A stretch of DNA of 64,000 bases from an uncultured Bacteroidales bacterium. GTDB taxonomy: Bacteria; Bacillota_I; Bacilli_A; RFN20; CAG-826. Positions 19,082 through 27,359 of the stretch are shown piece by piece (the stretch's first letter is position 1; each line of letters begins with the position of its first letter). The DNA lies in contig CAVJMG010000008.1 of the NCBI GenBank assembly GCA_963650805.1, positions 8,199-72,198 on the forward strand, given 5' to 3'. The position numbers and the translations under genes were made by a program. Under the pieces are notes generated by a model. It was given only the letters and a program-made list of their open reading frames with translations, searched no databases and was not told the DNA's origin.

Positions 19082-20131
19082 ATGAAAGACAGCGTCAAAT
19101 ACGTCATCCAAAGGGTCCTCTTCATCCTTTTGACGGCGTTCATCATCCTGAGCTTGACCTACATTTTGCTCCAGCTCATCCCGCTCACCCCGGGCGGCAC
19201 CGACATTGAGCGGTGGACTTTCTGGGAAAAACAGGTGGAACTTGGCTATTACGTCCGCATCACCGACGTCATCGAAGCCCAAACCAAAGGCTACGACGTC
19301 TCCGTTTCGGTCAATGGCAGAATCACCTATTACCGCGCTCAGCCAATTATGGTGCGTTATTTCTCTTGGCTTGCCGCGGTGGCCAAAGGAGACTGGGGAG
19401 TTTCCTCCTCGGAGTATTGGAAAGGGCAAAGCGCCCTCACCATTTTGATGACCGGGCTTCCCTATTCCATGAGGCTCAACCTCATCTCCATCATCATCTC
19501 GATCCCCTTGGGCATTGGGCTTGGCGTTTTGGCCGCTTTGAAGAAGAACACCTGGGTCGACTCCCTCATATCGACCATCATCATGATCTTCATCTCCGTC
19601 CCTTCCTTCGTTCTCATCTCTTTCCTTTTGATTTGGTTTGGCAAAGTCAATGGGTGGCCGCTTAAATGGCCTAGCGACGCCGACGCCACCGCCGATCCAA
19701 TCCTCGCCGTCAAGGCTTACGTCATCCCCGTTATGTCGCTATGCTTCGGCTCCATCTGCGGCTTCGCCCGTTACACCAGGGCCGAGCTGACCGAGGTCAT
19801 GTCCAGCGAATTCTTGCTTTTGGCTAGGACCAAAGGGCTCACCCGCTCCCAATCGGTCGTTCGCCACGCCTTGCGCAACTCCATGGTCCCCATCGTCCCG
19901 ATGATCATCGCCGAATTCATCGGCATCCTCTCGGGCTCCATGGTCCTTGAGCAGATTTACGGCATCCCCGGCATCGGCTCGGTGCTTGTCAACGCGTTGA
20001 ACGCGACCGACGTCCCCGTCATCATGGTCGACATGGCCATTTACACGGTCATCGGCCTGGCCGCGACGCTCATCATCGACTTAAGCTATGGCATCGTCGA
20101 CCCACGCATCCGCATGGGCGCTAGAAAGTGA
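19082..20131 (+). CDS. oppB: Oligopeptide ABC transporter permease OppB
   Basis: Six-TM permease; N-terminus resembles OppB/DppB; EAA-like loop ARTKGLTRSQSVVRHALRNS. Confidence 0.8.
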   Translation: MKDSVKYVIQRVLFILLTAFIILSLTYILLQLIPLTPGGTDIERWTFWEKQVELGYYVRITDVIEAQTKGYDVSVSVNGRITYYRAQPIMVRYFSWLAAVAKGDWGVSSSEYWKGQSALTILMTGLPYSMRLNLISIIISIPLGIGLGVLAALKKNTWVDSLISTIIMIFISVPSFVLISFLLIWFGKVNGWPLKWPSDADATADPILAVKAYVIPVMSLCFGSICGFARYTRAELTEVMSSEFLLLARTKGLTRSQSVVRHALRNSMVPIVPMIIAEFIGILSGSMVLEQIYGIPGIGSVLVNALNATDVPVIMVDMAIYTVIGLAATLIIDLSYGIVDPRIRMGARK

Positions 20132-20141
20132 GGTTAAGGCA

Positions 20142-22172
20142 ATGGAAGACAAAAAACTCGAAAACCAGGAAGCCGCTTCCTCCCTTACGAACGAGGATTT
20201 CACCTTCGTTCAGGACAATGAGCGCCTCCACGATCAGAAATTCGAAACCAAGCCGACCACCTTCTTCAAAGACGCGTTGAAGCGCTTCGTCAAATCGCGC
20301 TCCTCCGTCGTTGCCGCCTCCATCCTTTTGGTTCTCATCGGGATGTCCATCATCGTGCCTTTCGCCGACGCTAACGACATCAACACCCCTTTGGGCCAGG
20401 CCAGCTACCTCCCCCCGAAATGGTTCGACGGCAACCTCAACGGCTTCTTAGACGGAACCGATTGGGTCGAAAGCGCGATCCTCAACCCCGAAACCGGCAA
20501 GCTCCCCGAAGATAGCGACTACAAAGAATTCGCCATCGTCGGCGACATCACAACCCGTTCCTCCTATAGCGACGTCTATTCCAACGCCGTCGCTAAATAC
20601 GGCAAAGGCGGCTATCTCACTATCACCAACGCCGGATATAAGGAAGACGGTGTTTTCCGCGCCGTTGACGAGGGCATCCGCTCCAAGGAAGTCACCCTCG
20701 ACCTTTCCTCCTCTTATAACTACAAAGTCAATTTCTCCACCGAGCAAAGCGTCGTTTGGGACGGAACCTCCCTTTCGACTTACCTCGCTTTCTCCTCGAC
20801 CTTAAGCGAAGAAGCAGGGGAGATCCTCATTCCCTTGACCGCGGAAACCGCTTGGGGCGAAAAAGGCATCGAAAGCCTGGAGGTTTCTAACGTCTCCTCC
20901 GCTTTGACGACCTATATGGAAGAGAACTCCATCGCGGTTCCCTCCTCTATTTCCGGGCGTTTTGCCATCGTCGTCAGCGCTCCCGAAAACGAGGCCTCTT
21001 CGGCCAACTCCCTCGCCGTCGGCTCCGTTGAGAGCAACGTCTCGGGCGTCACCTTCTCCGCCGGGCTTGACGCTAGGAAAGCGATGGCCGACAAATCTAG
21101 CAATGCCTATTCTGGCTTCCCCGACGCCCACTTGCCCACGATTGGGGTCAAGCACGCCGAAGTCGTCTACGGCAGCTTCCGCTACGATTTCTACGCCGCG
21201 GCATTCGGCGACGTCGATTACGAATTCACCGAAATCGACATCCAAAACTACATCGACAAAGGCTGGCTCGAATATGAGTGGGGCACCGGCTCGGAGCCGG
21301 AGAGCTGGAGGCTCACCGAATCGGGCGAAACCTATTGCCCCCTTCGCACCGTCGATTACCAAACCGTCGTCGAGAACCCCTTTGAGCCCGATTTGAACAC
21401 GCGCTCGGTGCATGGCAAGCGCTCACTCTACCGCCAGCTTTATTTCGAAGGCAAAATCGGCAGCTGCGCCGCCCCGAAATACATTTTCGGCACCGATAGG
21501 AACGGCAAAGACTTCTTCAAAGTCGTCTTCTCCGGCCTTCTCACTTCCCTTGGCTTAGGCGCTTTGGCCTCGGCCATCAACATCGTCATCGGTCTCATTT
21601 GGGGCGCGGTTTCCGGTTACTTCGGAGGCTGGGTCGACATGATTATGGAGCGCCTTACCGAGATTCTCGGCGGCGTCCCCTTCATCATCGTCATGACCCT
21701 CGTCGCTTTGCTTTGGAACAACAACGGCGGAGGCACGACCTTCTGGACCTTCCTCTTCGCCCTCTGCCTCACCGGGTGGATCGGCATCTCCGGCACGACC
21801 AGAAGCCAGTTCTACCGTTATAAAGGCAGGGAATACGTCCTTGCTTCTAGGACCTTGGGCGCAAGCGACGCGAGGCTCATCTTCAAGCACATTTTGCCTA
21901 ACGCCGTAGGCACGATAGTCACCAGCGCCGTCTTGATGATCCCCTCGGTCATCTTCACCGAGGCCAACATCTCTTACCTCCTTCCCGGCGCCCTTGCGCT
22001 TAAGAACAGCTTCGGCGTCACCATCGAATCCGTCCAAAGCGACATCTCCAAAGCCCCTTACCTCATCGTTTCGGCTTCGCTCATCATGGCCTTGCTCATG
22101 ATCAGCTTCAACCTCTTCGGCAACGGGCTTCGCGATGCCTTCAACCCCTCATTGAAAGGAAGTGACGATTAA
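20142..22172 (+). CDS. oppC: Oligopeptide ABC transporter permease OppC with a ~400-aa extracytoplasmic insertion after TM1
   Basis: ATG 20142 (the track start at 20088 overlaps oppB). TM1, then a long hydrophilic loop, then the permease core with EAA-like GTTRSQFYRYKGREYVLASRTLGASDARLIFKHILPNA. Stop overlaps the oppD start (TAATG). Confidence 0.75.
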   Translation: MEDKKLENQEAASSLTNEDFTFVQDNERLHDQKFETKPTTFFKDALKRFVKSRSSVVAASILLVLIGMSIIVPFADANDINTPLGQASYLPPKWFDGNLNGFLDGTDWVESAILNPETGKLPEDSDYKEFAIVGDITTRSSYSDVYSNAVAKYGKGGYLTITNAGYKEDGVFRAVDEGIRSKEVTLDLSSSYNYKVNFSTEQSVVWDGTSLSTYLAFSSTLSEEAGEILIPLTAETAWGEKGIESLEVSNVSSALTTYMEENSIAVPSSISGRFAIVVSAPENEASSANSLAVGSVESNVSGVTFSAGLDARKAMADKSSNAYSGFPDAHLPTIGVKHAEVVYGSFRYDFYAAAFGDVDYEFTEIDIQNYIDKGWLEYEWGTGSEPESWRLTESGETYCPLRTVDYQTVVENPFEPDLNTRSVHGKRSLYRQLYFEGKIGSCAAPKYIFGTDRNGKDFFKVVFSGLLTSLGLGALASAINIVIGLIWGAVSGYFGGWVDMIMERLTEILGGVPFIIVMTLVALLWNNNGGGTTFWTFLFALCLTGWIGISGTTRSQFYRYKGREYVLASRTLGASDARLIFKHILPNAVGTIVTSAVLMIPSVIFTEANISYLLPGALALKNSFGVTIESVQSDISKAPYLIVSASLIMALLMISFNLFGNGLRDAFNPSLKGSDD

Positions 22173-23623
22173 TGAAAACGATCGATTACCCCTATTCCGT
22201 CGGCTCTTCCGAAAACAAGGAAGCCGTCTTGTCCGTCCGCAACCTCGCCATCTCCTTCAAAACCGACGCGGGCTACGTCCACGCCGTCAGGGGCGTTTCC
22301 TTCGACCTCTATAGGGAAGAGACCCTCTGCATCGTCGGCGAATCCGGGTCCGGCAAATCCGTCACCAACAAAACCATCATGGGCATCCTCCCCAAAAGCG
22401 CCCGCATCGATTCGGGCTCGGTGATTTACGAAGGGGAGGACCTCACCAAAATCTCCGAGGATGAGTTCCATAACATCCGCGGCAACAAAATCGGGATGAT
22501 CTTCCAGGATCCGCTTTCCTCCCTCAACCCGATCATGAAGATCGGCAAACAGATCACCGAGGAGATGATCATCAACGGACATCACCTCCAAAATCTCTAC
22601 CGCTCTCTTATCAATGAGGAATTCATCGCCTACAAAAACGACCTCCGCCTGAAGCAACTCAACGAAGAGGCCAAAAAGAGGGCGAAGAAAGAAAAAGACG
22701 CCTCTTTCGACATGGAGGCTTACTCCAAGAAAAAAGAAGAGCTGTCCCTCAAAATCGAAGAGGACAAGAGGAAACTCTCCGAGAAGAAGAAGCTCGCCAA
22801 AGCCCAAGTCAACGCCAAGCGCAAGGAAATCCAAGACGAGCACAAGGCAAAAGTCTCCGAGATAATCAAGGGGAAGGGGAGCCTCAAGGAGAAATACGAC
22901 GCCTTCTTGATCGAGCATCGCCGCACCCTCAGCAAAATCCGCGTGACCCATAAGGAAGCTAAGGAGAAGGCCCTCAAAATCATGGAGGAAGTCGGCATCC
23001 CCAACGCCGAGCGCCGCTTCAACCAATACCCCTTCGAATTCTCCGGCGGCATGAGGCAGAGGATCGTCATCGCCATCGCCCTCACCGCCGAGCCCGACGT
23101 CCTCATCTGCGATGAGCCGACCACGGCCCTCGACGTCACCATCCAGGCCCAGATCCTCGAACTCATCAACCGCCTGAAGGCCACCCATCACATGTCGGTC
23201 ATCTTCATCACCCACGACCTCGGCGTCGTGGCCAACATGGCCGATAGGGTCGCCGTCATGTACGCGGGCAAAATCGTCGAATACGGGAAGGCCGAGGAAG
23301 TCTTCTATTCGCCCGCCCACCCTTACACCTGGGCCTTGCTTTCCTCCATCCCCGACGTCGATTCCAAAGAAAAGCTAGAAGCGATCCCCGGCACCCCGCC
23401 GAACATGCTCTTCCCGCCTAAAGGCGACGCATTCGCGGCCAGAAGCAAATACGCCCTGTCGGCCGACTTCAAGGAAGAGCCCCCGATGTTTGAGATTTCG
23501 CCCACTCATTACGCCGCCACGTGGCTCCTTGATGAGCGCGCGCCCAAAGCCGAGATGCCCAAAATCGTGGCCACGCGCATCCGCAACAGCCTTTCCAAAG
23601 GCTCCTCGGAGAAAGGAGAATGA
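22172..23623 (+). CDS. oppD: Oligopeptide ABC transporter ATP-binding protein OppD with a ~140-aa Lys-rich coiled-coil insertion
   Basis: Walker A GESGSGKS, signature FSGGMRQRIVIAIAL, Walker B LICDEPTTALD, H-loop ITHDLGVV. Insertion at about residues 128-268 between the Q-loop and the signature. Confidence 0.85.
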   Translation: MKTIDYPYSVGSSENKEAVLSVRNLAISFKTDAGYVHAVRGVSFDLYREETLCIVGESGSGKSVTNKTIMGILPKSARIDSGSVIYEGEDLTKISEDEFHNIRGNKIGMIFQDPLSSLNPIMKIGKQITEEMIINGHHLQNLYRSLINEEFIAYKNDLRLKQLNEEAKKRAKKEKDASFDMEAYSKKKEELSLKIEEDKRKLSEKKKLAKAQVNAKRKEIQDEHKAKVSEIIKGKGSLKEKYDAFLIEHRRTLSKIRVTHKEAKEKALKIMEEVGIPNAERRFNQYPFEFSGGMRQRIVIAIALTAEPDVLICDEPTTALDVTIQAQILELINRLKATHHMSVIFITHDLGVVANMADRVAVMYAGKIVEYGKAEEVFYSPAHPYTWALLSSIPDVDSKEKLEAIPGTPPNMLFPPKGDAFAARSKYALSADFKEEPPMFEISPTHYAATWLLDERAPKAEMPKIVATRIRNSLSKGSSEKGE

Positions 23624-25008
23624 CCATGGCAGAAGAAAACGAAAAGAAACTGCTCAAGGAATCCCTGAAGCAAAAGAAGAACGCTCTTTCTTCCTTCAAG
23701 CTCGCCCACCCCAACAAAAAAGCCTGGACGGAGGAGCAGAAGAAGGAATACGCCGCCCTTTGCCAAGACATTGATGACATCAAATTCCGCCTCGGCAATT
23801 ACGGCATCACCTTCGATCAGAAGCTCGTCGACGACCGCGCGATCCTCTCCGTGCGCCACCTCAAGCAATTCTTCCGCTCCGGAGAATACAAGACCAAAGC
23901 CGTCCACGACGTCAGCTTCGACGTCAAAGAAGGGGAGTGCTTCGGCCTCGTCGGCGAATCCGGATGCGGCAAAACCACGACCGGAAGGTGCATCATCGGC
24001 CTTTACGACATCACCAGCGGCGCCATCTACTATAAAGGATATAGGATCGCCGCCGGCGACAGGTGGAACCGCAAGGAAATCAAGTGGAGCAAAATCCACA
24101 CCCAAGAGAAAATCACCGCCCTTCGCGAGCAGGAGCATTGCGACCTCTCCGACGCCTCCGCACCGGGGGAAGCCGAAGCCATCAAAGCCCGTTACGAAGA
24201 GCAAATCGCAAAGCTCCAAAGCGACGAGAAAGCCCACGTCGACGAGCAAAAAGCCCTCATCCGCCAGATCCATTACGATTCCAAGCACGTCAATTCGCGC
24301 CTGAGGAATCAAATCCAGATGATCTTCCAAGACCCCATCGACTCCCTTGATCCGAGGATGACGGTCGAAGACATCATCACTGAAGGCCTCCACATCCAAG
24401 GCAAATACAACAAGGAAGAGAACCGCAAAACGGTTGAAGCCGCCCTTAAGCGCGTCGGCTTGATCCCCGAATACGCCTCTCGCTACCCCCATGAATTCTC
24501 CGGCGGCCAGCGTCAGCGCATCGGCATCGCCCGCGCTCTTGTCATGAATCCGAAGCTCCTCATTTGCGATGAGCCGATCTCGGCCCTCGACGTCTCCATC
24601 CGCGCCCAGGTCCTCAACCTCTTAAACGAGATCAAAGAGGAGATGGGGCTGACGATGGTCTTCATCGCCCACGACCTCTCCGTCGTCAAGTATTTCTGCG
24701 ACCGCATCGCGGTCATGTACTTCGGGAACATGGTGGAACTCGCCTCTAGCGATGAGCTCTTCGCCCACCCTCTCCATCCTTATACCAAAGCCCTTCTCTC
24801 CGCCATCCCTAAGCCCGACCCCCGCAGTGAGAAAAACCGCATCCGGAAGGTCTACGATCCAAATTCCGCTCACGATTACAGCGTCAACAAGCCGACCTTC
24901 CGCGAAGTTTTGCCGGGCCACTTCGTCCTTTGCAACGAAGAGGAGGAGCAGAAGTACCGCCTTGAGGCCGCTAGCCTCGACAAGAAGAAAGAGGAGGAAG
25001 CAAAATGA
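23620..25008 (+). CDS. oppF: Oligopeptide ABC transporter ATP-binding protein OppF with internal insertion
   Basis: Walker A GESGCGKTT, signature FSGGQRQRIGIARAL, Walker B LICDEPISALD, H-loop IAHDLSVV. About 90-aa insert at residues ~145-235. Start overlaps the oppD stop. Confidence 0.85.
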   Translation: MTMAEENEKKLLKESLKQKKNALSSFKLAHPNKKAWTEEQKKEYAALCQDIDDIKFRLGNYGITFDQKLVDDRAILSVRHLKQFFRSGEYKTKAVHDVSFDVKEGECFGLVGESGCGKTTTGRCIIGLYDITSGAIYYKGYRIAAGDRWNRKEIKWSKIHTQEKITALREQEHCDLSDASAPGEAEAIKARYEEQIAKLQSDEKAHVDEQKALIRQIHYDSKHVNSRLRNQIQMIFQDPIDSLDPRMTVEDIITEGLHIQGKYNKEENRKTVEAALKRVGLIPEYASRYPHEFSGGQRQRIGIARALVMNPKLLICDEPISALDVSIRAQVLNLLNEIKEEMGLTMVFIAHDLSVVKYFCDRIAVMYFGNMVELASSDELFAHPLHPYTKALLSAIPKPDPRSEKNRIRKVYDPNSAHDYSVNKPTFREVLPGHFVLCNEEEEQKYRLEAASLDKKKEEEAK

Positions 25009-25670
25009 AAGAGAAAACGCGTTTCATCCTAGTCATCGTCTTCTACGGCGTCTTGCTAGGACTCCTTGTCCCCATCTTCGTCTACGCTCTCTTAGCCTTC
25101 TCCAACCCCCCGGCCTACAATTACCGAATCGATTACCTTGAGCCCGGGGACGACCCCGCCGGATACCTCCATACAGGGGAATACGGATTGTCGCTCGTCT
25201 TCCTTGGCTTGCTCTTCGTCGGGTTGCTGCTAGGCCTTCTCCATTGGATCTTCAGGAAAAAATCGACTCAGCTCGTCATTTCCTTGCTCCTAGGCCTCAT
25301 CGCCTGCGGATACGCGATTGCGCGTTCGGCGTATTGCTTCGGGAAGGGCGGAACCTCTTCGCTCCCTGGAATCCTCTACATCGTATCCGCGCTTGCCATG
25401 GGCGCCTCCCTCTATTTCTTTGTCAAGAAGACGCTTGACGGGGATTGCTCTTGGCCTTATTACACTTGTCTCATCGTCGGTGCCGCATTGCTATTCGTGG
25501 CCTCCTGCATGAAGTATTCCTACTCCGTCTTAAACGCCATGGGGCACCAGAACGACATCGTCTACTGGGGCTCTTACGGCATCAGCCGTCTCGTCTTGCT
25601 TTCCTATCTCCTTGGGGGGTGGCTCAATCTAAACCTCGATTACGATCCCACCCCAAAGCTGGAGAAATAA
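25005..25670 (+). CDS. Polytopic membrane protein co-transcribed with oppF, unknown function
   Basis: ATGA overlap with the oppF stop. Five to six hydrophobic helices. Confidence 0.5.
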   Translation: MKEKTRFILVIVFYGVLLGLLVPIFVYALLAFSNPPAYNYRIDYLEPGDDPAGYLHTGEYGLSLVFLGLLFVGLLLGLLHWIFRKKSTQLVISLLLGLIACGYAIARSAYCFGKGGTSSLPGILYIVSALAMGASLYFFVKKTLDGDCSWPYYTCLIVGAALLFVASCMKYSYSVLNAMGHQNDIVYWGSYGISRLVLLSYLLGGWLNLNLDYDPTPKLEK

Positions 25671-25682
25671 AAGACAAGTCCC

Positions 25683-25708
25683 TTAAGCCGCGCAGCCGCG
25701 CGGCTTTT
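25683..25708 (+). terminator. Rho-independent terminator ending the opp operon
   Basis: gccgcgc-agcc-gcgcggc followed by TTTT. Confidence 0.5.
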
Positions 25709-25785
25709 CATTTGCCTCTTTTAACCCTCAAAATCAGTAGTATTATTAACTCGGAGAAAACTGAGTCAGTTTTTACCGAGTAAAT

Positions 25786-27168
25786 ATGGGATTCGTTGCT
25801 AGAAAAGAAGAAATTCAGAAATTGAGCCGGAATTTCTCTTCCGACAAATTTTCGTTCTCGTTGATCTACGGAAGGAGGAGGGTGGGAAAAAGCGAGCTCG
25901 TCAAGCGCGTCCTTAAGGATTGCGACGCGTTCAAGGTGTATTACGAATGCAAAGAAATCTCCGAGGAAGGGAACGCCTTAGGTTTAAGCCAAATCATCGC
26001 CGAGCAGCTTGGTTTGCCGAAATTTTCCTTCAACGGGATTGAAGACGCCCTTCGTTACGTTTTCGAGCTATCCAAGACTAGGAAAGCCATTTTAATTCTT
26101 GATGAATATCCCTATCTCCGCTCCTCCGTCCCCGGCATGGACAGCATTTTGCAGTCCCTTATCGACAATTACAGGGGAGAAGCGAAGCTCTCTATTGTGA
26201 TTCTTGGCTCTTATGTCGACACAATGCGTTCCCTGCTGCTTCATTCAAACCCTCTTTATGGCCGCGTTGACTTATCCCTTGAGCTGAAGCCCATGGATTA
26301 TTACGATTCTTCTTTGTTCTACCCTTCCTTCTCCGACGAAGACAAAATCAGGCTTTATTCCGTCTTCGGGGGTATCCCTTATTATAACTCCCTCATCGAC
26401 GAGAATCTAACCGTAGAGGAAAACATCGTCAACCTCATCGCTTCGCCTTCCTCGCGCCTGGAGAACGAGGTGTTGTTCTATTTGCATTCGGGAATCGGGA
26501 AAATAACGAATGCGAATGAAGTTTTCAACGCGCTTTCGGAAGGCTACAGCAGATTTTCGGATATCCTTTCCCAATCCCATGCCTCGAGCAGCCCAGCTTT
26601 GGCCGACGTTTTGAACAAATTGCTGGGAATGGGTGTGGTTTGCAAAATCGCCCCGATCAACGATGCAAGCAACAAGAGGAAGATGGGCTACTACATCGCC
26701 GATAACCTATCGTTGTTCTATTACAAATACCTTTTCAGATATTCGTCCCAAATGCAGGTGATGGATCCGCGTTTGTTTTACAAAAGGTACATCGAGAAGG
26801 ATTTCGAAGAGCAATACGTTCCCCATGCGTTTGAAAAGGTTTGCCAGCAATATTTGATTCGCCAGAACAAACGCTCACTAATCGATCCTTGCTTCGACAA
26901 GATAGGGAAATATTACTACGACGATCCCGTAAGCCATTCAAACGGCGAATTCGACATCGTCACCGAAGACCCTGAGGGTTACGTCTTTTATGAAGCGAAA
27001 TTCAAGAAAAGCAAAATCTCTGCCCAAGACATCGAAGAGGAAATCCGTCAAGTCGAAAGAACCGGGCTGAAGTGCCATAGGTACGTTTTCATCTCTAGAA
27101 GCGGCTTTGCTTGTTCCGCTCAGCAACACGTTGAATTTATAGATCTATCCTCTTTATATAAAGAATAG
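25786..27168 (+). CDS. AAA+ ATPase of the Arch_ATPase/DUF234 family
   Basis: Walker A GRRRVGKSE, Walker B ILILDEYPY; C-terminal DUF234-like region. GC (~45%) is lower than its neighbours. Confidence 0.65.
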   Translation: MGFVARKEEIQKLSRNFSSDKFSFSLIYGRRRVGKSELVKRVLKDCDAFKVYYECKEISEEGNALGLSQIIAEQLGLPKFSFNGIEDALRYVFELSKTRKAILILDEYPYLRSSVPGMDSILQSLIDNYRGEAKLSIVILGSYVDTMRSLLLHSNPLYGRVDLSLELKPMDYYDSSLFYPSFSDEDKIRLYSVFGGIPYYNSLIDENLTVEENIVNLIASPSSRLENEVLFYLHSGIGKITNANEVFNALSEGYSRFSDILSQSHASSSPALADVLNKLLGMGVVCKIAPINDASNKRKMGYYIADNLSLFYYKYLFRYSSQMQVMDPRLFYKRYIEKDFEEQYVPHAFEKVCQQYLIRQNKRSLIDPCFDKIGKYYYDDPVSHSNGEFDIVTEDPEGYVFYEAKFKKSKISAQDIEEEIRQVERTGLKCHRYVFISRSGFACSAQQHVEFIDLSSLYKE

Positions 27169-27206
27169 TGTTGCGACATTGTCTTAACGGCCTTCTAAAA
27201 GCTGCA

Positions 27207-27241
27207 TAAAAAACTTGCTCGGAAATTGCCGAGCAAGTTTT
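27207..27241. terminator. Strong bidirectional rho-independent terminator
   Basis: aaaaaa-cttgctcgg-aaatt-gccgagcaag-tttt; a perfect 9-bp stem flanked by an A-run and a T-run. Confidence 0.6.
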
Positions 27242-27359
27242 GACTGAGTGAATTTTAACGAGGATTCTTTTAATATTGGCATTAAAAAACGGCCGTCTTT
27301 ATGGCGTCCTCCCTTCGTTTGGGAAGATGCCTTCTTGACGGCCGCTTGTCGTTGAGGGA

